This document shows, piece after piece, positions 59,065 to 64,000 of a stretch of DNA of 64,000 bases. The stretch covers positions 10,833,655-10,897,654 of the forward strand of contig CAJINV010000004.1 of NCBI GenBank assembly GCA_905178155.1, read 5' to 3'. Under the pieces are notes generated by a model. The model was not told the DNA's origin, searched no databases, and worked only from the letters and a program-made list of their open reading frames with translations. Each line of letters opens with the position of its first letter. Within the stretch, counting starts at the first letter, position 1. This DNA comes from Amoebophrya sp. A120. Its lineage: Eukaryota; Protista; Dinoflagellata. Made by a program: the position numbers and the translations under genes.

Positions 59065-59616
59065 CTCGTTGTGGTCGTTCTTCGAAAACCTGCACGAATG
59101 CAAATCTTTTTCACAATGGAACTTCGAGTTCCTTTGTTCATATTCTTATGTTGTTCAGAAACCGGAAAGAACAAAGACAAACCTTTATCTTTTTTCTGTG
59201 CTTGTTGCCCTTGCGCTTCAGAAGAAGCTTGTGACTCAACAGAGAAAGTAGAAAAACAGAATGCAACTGAACAAGACACACTTTCTGATGTGAGAAGTAG
59301 ATTTCAGTTGTTGGCGCAGAGACAGTTTTGTTTGTTCGATGTGCTGCTTGTGTGACCACGCCGCGAAAACTGAAACCGCGGAGACGTCTTTGAGGACTAA
59401 TCATTTATAGTTCGTTGCCAATGATGTTGATGAACAGGGGCCGATATTTGAGAGCAAGAAGTTGCTGCGGACAACGAGCATGCTGTTTTATCAATCCTAA
59501 AACCCGGGATTCCGAACAAATTATCTAGGTTTTCATGATTCTCCGTCAAAAAAAGCAGAAGAAAGCGGGACCACTACTGCAATTGAGTTGTCAGCAAAAC
59601 AGACTCCACATCCAAG

Positions 59617-59802
59617 ATGATAAAGCACACGGAGCAGTACGGGGGCGGTTCGCGAAACCTGTACGAAGAGCTCTCGCAGGATTTGGCGAGAAGAAGGGAA
59701 AAGGAGAAGAATTTTGTGATCTGCATTTTCTGCTTCCTCGGCGCCGCGCTCGGCTGGCTGTTTCTGTACACGGTTTTTGCTCTGGTTTCGAGCTTGCAGT
59801 GA
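59617..59802 (+). CDS. Putative small tail-anchored membrane protein (61 aa)
   Basis: GC-richer coding-like island in an AT-richer spacer; charged helix followed by the C-terminal TM segment FVICIFCFLGAALGWLFLYTVFALV. Confidence 0.45.
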   Translation: MIKHTEQYGGGSRNLYEELSQDLARRREKEKNFVICIFCFLGAALGWLFLYTVFALVSSLQ

Positions 59803-60469
59803 AGACGACTCCCGGTAGTTGTACTTACAACAGACGACATGTAGACGGCTCGGTGCTTACTTGTAGGATCTTCGATGATGGAAAATAGAAAATGAAATGA
59901 CGTTTCGAGCACATCACGCGCAGGCACACGGCGCATTGCGGATACGGAAGATGTCACCTCCACATAGCACCATCCGTGCCAGTTTCAGACAGAATGGTAT
60001 ACAAGATGATGAAATAAAAATCCTTTGCTGCCGCAGCTAAGCAGTACTAGACGAACAAAAAAAATGCAGAATGCGAAAGAACCTAGCTGCGTGGCTGACC
60101 CACGTGAATACAGCGGGTGTTCGGCACAAGATAATAAAGCTAGCTCCTTCATGTTCAACTTCATCACGTTCACGCACAGGAAAAAGATCAATTTTGCTCG
60201 CGCTCTCAATGAGCATTTACCTATGCACATACGTGATCCTTGGTTCTCATTGTCTCGTCTGACCGAACTCGAAATTAATGGCACGCAGCGATCCCTTTTC
60301 GTCTTTCACTTTCTCTTTTCTTGGGTTCTTTTGCTTCCGGTCCGGCCATTTAAATACCACGACGACTTGCTTGACTGTTCCAACTCAGTTTTCTGGAGGA
60401 GATAGCTTAATCTACATCCACTGAGTACTTCTCCTTTCGCATTGTTTGATCTTCCTGAAAAAGAAAAAC

Positions 60470-62434
60470 ATGACGACCGAAACTGGCGAGGATTCTTCTC
60501 CAGAAGTCCTCCATTGCGACTACCTGATTGTTGGCGGCGGCGCAACGGGCTTGGCCTTCGCGGACACTCTGCTGCACTCTTTTTCATCGTCTGATCACGA
60601 AGGTGGTGGAATAAGATCATCAGGACAAGCAGCACCCCGCGTCGCCATCGTGGATAAGCATCTGCACCCCGGGGGGCAGTGGAACGACAGCTATGACTTC
60701 GTCCGCCTGCACCAGCCATCGGCGATGTATGGAGTAGAAAGCGAGCCTTTGGAGGAGATGGAAACAAGTGTCAGTCAAGAAGGTCAACCTGGAACAAATG
60801 ATCCTAAAAATCCACCCGCCCCTGCGAATGCTAAAACAAAAACGAAAGCAGCGCACCGTGCAACGAGACTGGAGATTTTAGCGTACTACGCGAAAGTTGT
60901 CGACAAATTGAAAAGGAAGTTCGGCTTGAAATTTTTCGGTGGCTACGAATTTATTTTCTCCCACGAACATGAAGAAGAAGCGACTATCTCTGCCGGCGAC
61001 GGGTCATCGTACCAGGAATTTGTGTTGCAGCCAACAACTGCGATTCGTGGGGACGACGGTCAACCAGGGTACCAACAAGCGTACCATAACCTGCTTGTCC
61101 GCTGCAAAAAACTCGTCGACGCGCGGTGGCTGGAACCCGATTTACCCCTTTTCGTAGCGCCAAAGTTTAAATTCGACAGCAAAGTCGTACGGGTTGTAGC
61201 GCCGAACGAGCTTTCTGTTACACTAGGACATGATCAAACAGCTCCTTCATCGAGCGGCGAGAAAACCAACACCTCCTCGACAGGTACTATGACCGCCGAG
61301 ACTGTCGGCGGAAGCGGAGCTGCGACGAGTTGGAGTGCTGTTGTTCTTGCCGAGCAAGATGCAAGAACCACAGATGAGGACCAGCAGCACGACCAGCAAA
61401 AGTTTGTCATCATCGGCGCGGGAAAGACTGGAATGGACGCGGTGGTGTATCTGCAAACAGTGCGGAAAATACCCCCAGAAAACATTGCTTGGGTGATGCC
61501 CACCGAAATGTGGATCACGGCCCGGGAAAACATCGGCAGCTGTATGGAGCTGTTGGCGACGTGCGTCGAGAGCGCGAGGGACGAGGAGAGCGGAAATATG
61601 AAGTTGCTGCATGACAAAAACCTCCTGCAGTCCGGCTTTCTGGAGTTCGAGAAACTCGGGAAAGTGTACCGACTCAGCGACGACGGCGCTAAACATCAAG
61701 TCCCACCTACCAAGTTCAAGGACGCGACGCTGTGCAAACGGGAGTTGGAAACTCTACGCAAGGTGAAGCACGTGTTTCGGGGCCAGCGGGTGAAAGAGAT
61801 CAAGTTTTGTGAAGCGAAAAGCAACTTTTCTCTGACTTTCAACGACGAAACGTCGAAAGACCTGCCGTGGAAGATCAGGAGCGTGGATGGCAAGAAAGAA
61901 CCCGAGGTGACTTTCGTCCATTGCAGCGCCGGCGCGTTCAATTACACGAAAGTCGTGCATGGGCCGCCGCGGCCCGTTTTCACGGAGAAAAAAATAACAA
62001 TTCAAGACGTGTACGGTACGCCCGGGTTCTGCTTCGTCGGAAGTGTGATTGCGAAGCTAGAGGTGACGAGATTCGCCGTCGATAAGTATCAAGGAATGCC
62101 TCTGACCGACGAAATGAAAAACAGGATGTGTCGCGCGCCGGCGCCAAAAAAAGACCCAAGTTGCGACGACAGCGGTTTCGTGCGTGGCGCTTTGGGAAAA
62201 GACCACGGACTGGTGCAACGGTGCGCGAACTTGTTCGATTGGTACGAGATCGCGGGTCTAGGACCATGGCTGCATGGAGAAGACGGTGATGGTACAAGTT
62301 CGCAGAAAGGGTCTAAACCGCACCGCCTTTTCAACCTGAATCATTTGTCAAAAGACGAAGCGGAGCGGATGGTAAGGAACATGTGGTTCACCTTAGTTGG
62401 CGAGGGGATCATTGACGTGGCTGCTCACGCATAG
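60470..62434 (+). CDS. FAD/NAD(P)-dependent oxidoreductase, intronless
   Basis: Two Rossmann motifs (DYLIVGGGATGLAFAD and FVIIGAGKTGMDA) and PGGQWNDSYDFVRLHQPSAMYGVES. Confidence 0.8.
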   Translation: MTTETGEDSSPEVLHCDYLIVGGGATGLAFADTLLHSFSSSDHEGGGIRSSGQAAPRVAIVDKHLHPGGQWNDSYDFVRLHQPSAMYGVESEPLEEMETSVSQEGQPGTNDPKNPPAPANAKTKTKAAHRATRLEILAYYAKVVDKLKRKFGLKFFGGYEFIFSHEHEEEATISAGDGSSYQEFVLQPTTAIRGDDGQPGYQQAYHNLLVRCKKLVDARWLEPDLPLFVAPKFKFDSKVVRVVAPNELSVTLGHDQTAPSSSGEKTNTSSTGTMTAETVGGSGAATSWSAVVLAEQDARTTDEDQQHDQQKFVIIGAGKTGMDAVVYLQTVRKIPPENIAWVMPTEMWITARENIGSCMELLATCVESARDEESGNMKLLHDKNLLQSGFLEFEKLGKVYRLSDDGAKHQVPPTKFKDATLCKRELETLRKVKHVFRGQRVKEIKFCEAKSNFSLTFNDETSKDLPWKIRSVDGKKEPEVTFVHCSAGAFNYTKVVHGPPRPVFTEKKITIQDVYGTPGFCFVGSVIAKLEVTRFAVDKYQGMPLTDEMKNRMCRAPAPKKDPSCDDSGFVRGALGKDHGLVQRCANLFDWYEIAGLGPWLHGEDGDGTSSQKGSKPHRLFNLNHLSKDEAERMVRNMWFTLVGEGIIDVAAHA

Positions 62435-63091
62435 ACGTAGTGTACGTGGCATTTTCTACTTTTCATTGAAAATGCAAGTGCTGGAACGACGTATAGTGAC
62501 AGTGAGTTTGGAGCTCACCAAAGAAGAAGAACTACGGAACGAAGTGAAACAAACAAGTAAAAACGCCAGCAAAACCAAAAGCGCAATCGAATTCGACGAA
62601 TCATATTGCTGATACTTCTTGCAACTGCAGGAAGTTTCGAACACGCAGAAGACCTCCAGGGTGATGTTCCGCTATAGTCAGGGAAAAAAGATTTTATATT
62701 CATTTATTGTTTTGCTTTTGCCTTGCGATCTTCGATGAGGATGATGATGATCCACCAGCGACAGAACCACTTAAGTTGTTGATCTTGGTAAGGCATTTCC
62801 ACACATTATGTTTCAAATCATTGTTTTTTTTATTTTTATTTTTTCATCGAAAAGAATTGTCGAAGAAAGTTTTCAAATCACGAATATATGACGTTCAAGG
62901 GACAACCTTTTGCAGCCCTCACGCATAGTAGCAATTATCGAGGTTCATAGCTGCAAAAAAGCTTCCTTTGCCACCGTTTTTCGTAACATTATTTTGCAAT
63001 ACCTCAATAAAATATCGAAAGCACGCCGTGCGTTTTTCTTTTCATTTCATTCGCAGGCCTGTAGTGACGATATCGATATCAAAGATATACC

Positions 63092-64000
63092 ATGTTGTCC
63101 TCCGTGCTTCTGCGACGTTCCTGCAGCACGCAGACGCAGTCTCTTCGGAGAAGGAGTGCAAAAGCGACCTCCTGCGGCAGCCCGCTTTTCCTCTCAGTGA
63201 ACAGAAAAGCTTTCGCAGGAGCCGCGACGCCGTCACTCTCAACGACCCACGTTCCTGGAGCAAGCGTAGGAGGTGCGAGCGAGTCTTCGTCCTCGGCGAA
63301 GATAAATCAAAAGCCGCCGCAGCCTGCTCCCACGGCCGCATTGTCTACTAGCGCTTTTCATCCAGCATCGAAGTCCACTAGTACCGCTTCCTCGACCACG
63401 AGTAGTCCCTCCTCCTCGTCCAGCAGTAGCAGTAGCAGTCACAATCCAGTGCAGTCAACTACATTTTCTGCGACATCGTCAACATCAGCTGAAAATAAAG
63501 ATGAACAGCAACAGAAGATGATATCAAGTGTAAAAATGTCTGGGTCTGGAAGAATGCGCGATTTGTCATGCAGATTTTCCATGACCCATGAAATCTGGAA
63601 TGCAGGGCCTAGCATGACAGATTCTGTGCGATCTCTCTCATGCCTATCCTGCATGAGAAACTCCCGCCCGACTTGGTCAAAACTGGACGACTTTTGGTAA
63701 TCATGCAACACAGATTTTTACATGCTTCAGATTTAGCATGACAAGTTGTATTCTTCCAGACCCAGACACTTTTACATTTGATAGATGAACCACGACTACG
63801 ATTTCTGGTTTTTCGTCTCTAAGGGGTTCTATCAAAATGAAAAATCCCCCCGTGCCATATTGAAAAGCTATGCTTCCGGAAGTTTGTGTTGCTGATTTGA
63901 GGTCACAAATCATATGTGTCTTGCAAGACGACAAGGGCAGAAGCGGCCGGCCCACTATGGAAGCGGCTTGTCATGCTGTCGGGCTTAAAGGGGAGCCGTT
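63092..64000 (+). CDS. Hypothetical protein, 5' part only (possible mitochondrial targeting peptide)
   Basis: Arg/Ser-rich N-terminus lacking acidic residues; exons 63092-63521 and 63789-63829 (KM|NHDYDFWFFVSKGF); continues beyond the window. Confidence 0.6.
63522..63783. mobile_element. Introner, family A
   Basis: Family A TIRs; GATGA direct repeat. Confidence 0.94.
63830..64000. mobile_element. Introner, family C (truncated by the window end)
   Basis: TATCAAAATGAAAAATCCCCC matches the left end of 50690; right end not in the window. Confidence 0.8.

Noticed and set aside
21640-63711. Recurring short ORFs such as MSGSGR..DLSCRFSMTH..WNAGPSMTDS as a repeated protein family
   Set aside because: They are translations of family A introner sequence in either orientation, with stops and frame differences between copies.
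176-64000. Genes being pseudogenes disrupted by MITEs
   Set aside because: All reconstructed exons are free of stops and frameshifts and keep catalytic motifs, even around old decayed elements.
1-64000. Autonomous transposase, reverse transcriptase, tRNA or rRNA genes
   Set aside because: No DDE/integrase, RT or tyrosine-recombinase motifs and no recognisable tRNA/rRNA were found by eye; the mobilising enzyme is not in this window.

Overview
Compact eukaryotic genomic DNA, not prokaryotic. The architecture matches the parasitic dinoflagellate Amoebophrya (Syndiniales); this is inferred from the intron style, not from a database search. About 18 protein-coding genes lie head-to-tail, all on the + strand: class II aldolase/adducin, Nup50/Nup2-like RanBD protein, a very large divergent histone H2A, atlastin, a PX-domain protein, a U1-type zinc-finger protein, a SMARCAL1/ZRANB3-like helicase, an EF-hand repeat protein, two glycosyltransferase-like proteins, a bacterial-type FAD/NAD(P) oxidoreductase and several hypotheticals. 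The genes carry about 31 canonical GT-AG introns plus 35 non-canonical 'introner' insertions (34 complete, 1 cut by the window end). Each complete insertion is 145-430 nt, starts TAT, ends ATA, has family-specific terminal inverted repeats (families A-F) and is flanked by a 5-bp direct repeat (27/34 perfect). Removing the element plus one repeat copy restores the reading frame in every complete case. Features beyond the known introner description: copies of one family occur in both orientations; 24/35 elements sit in doublets only 36-58 nt apart, always of different families; all families share an internal TGT[ACG]ATGC motif that also appears in canonical introns; one copy seems to be converting into a GT-AG intron; one carries a nested 165-nt structured insert. 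All exon structures are manual reconstructions without transcript data.
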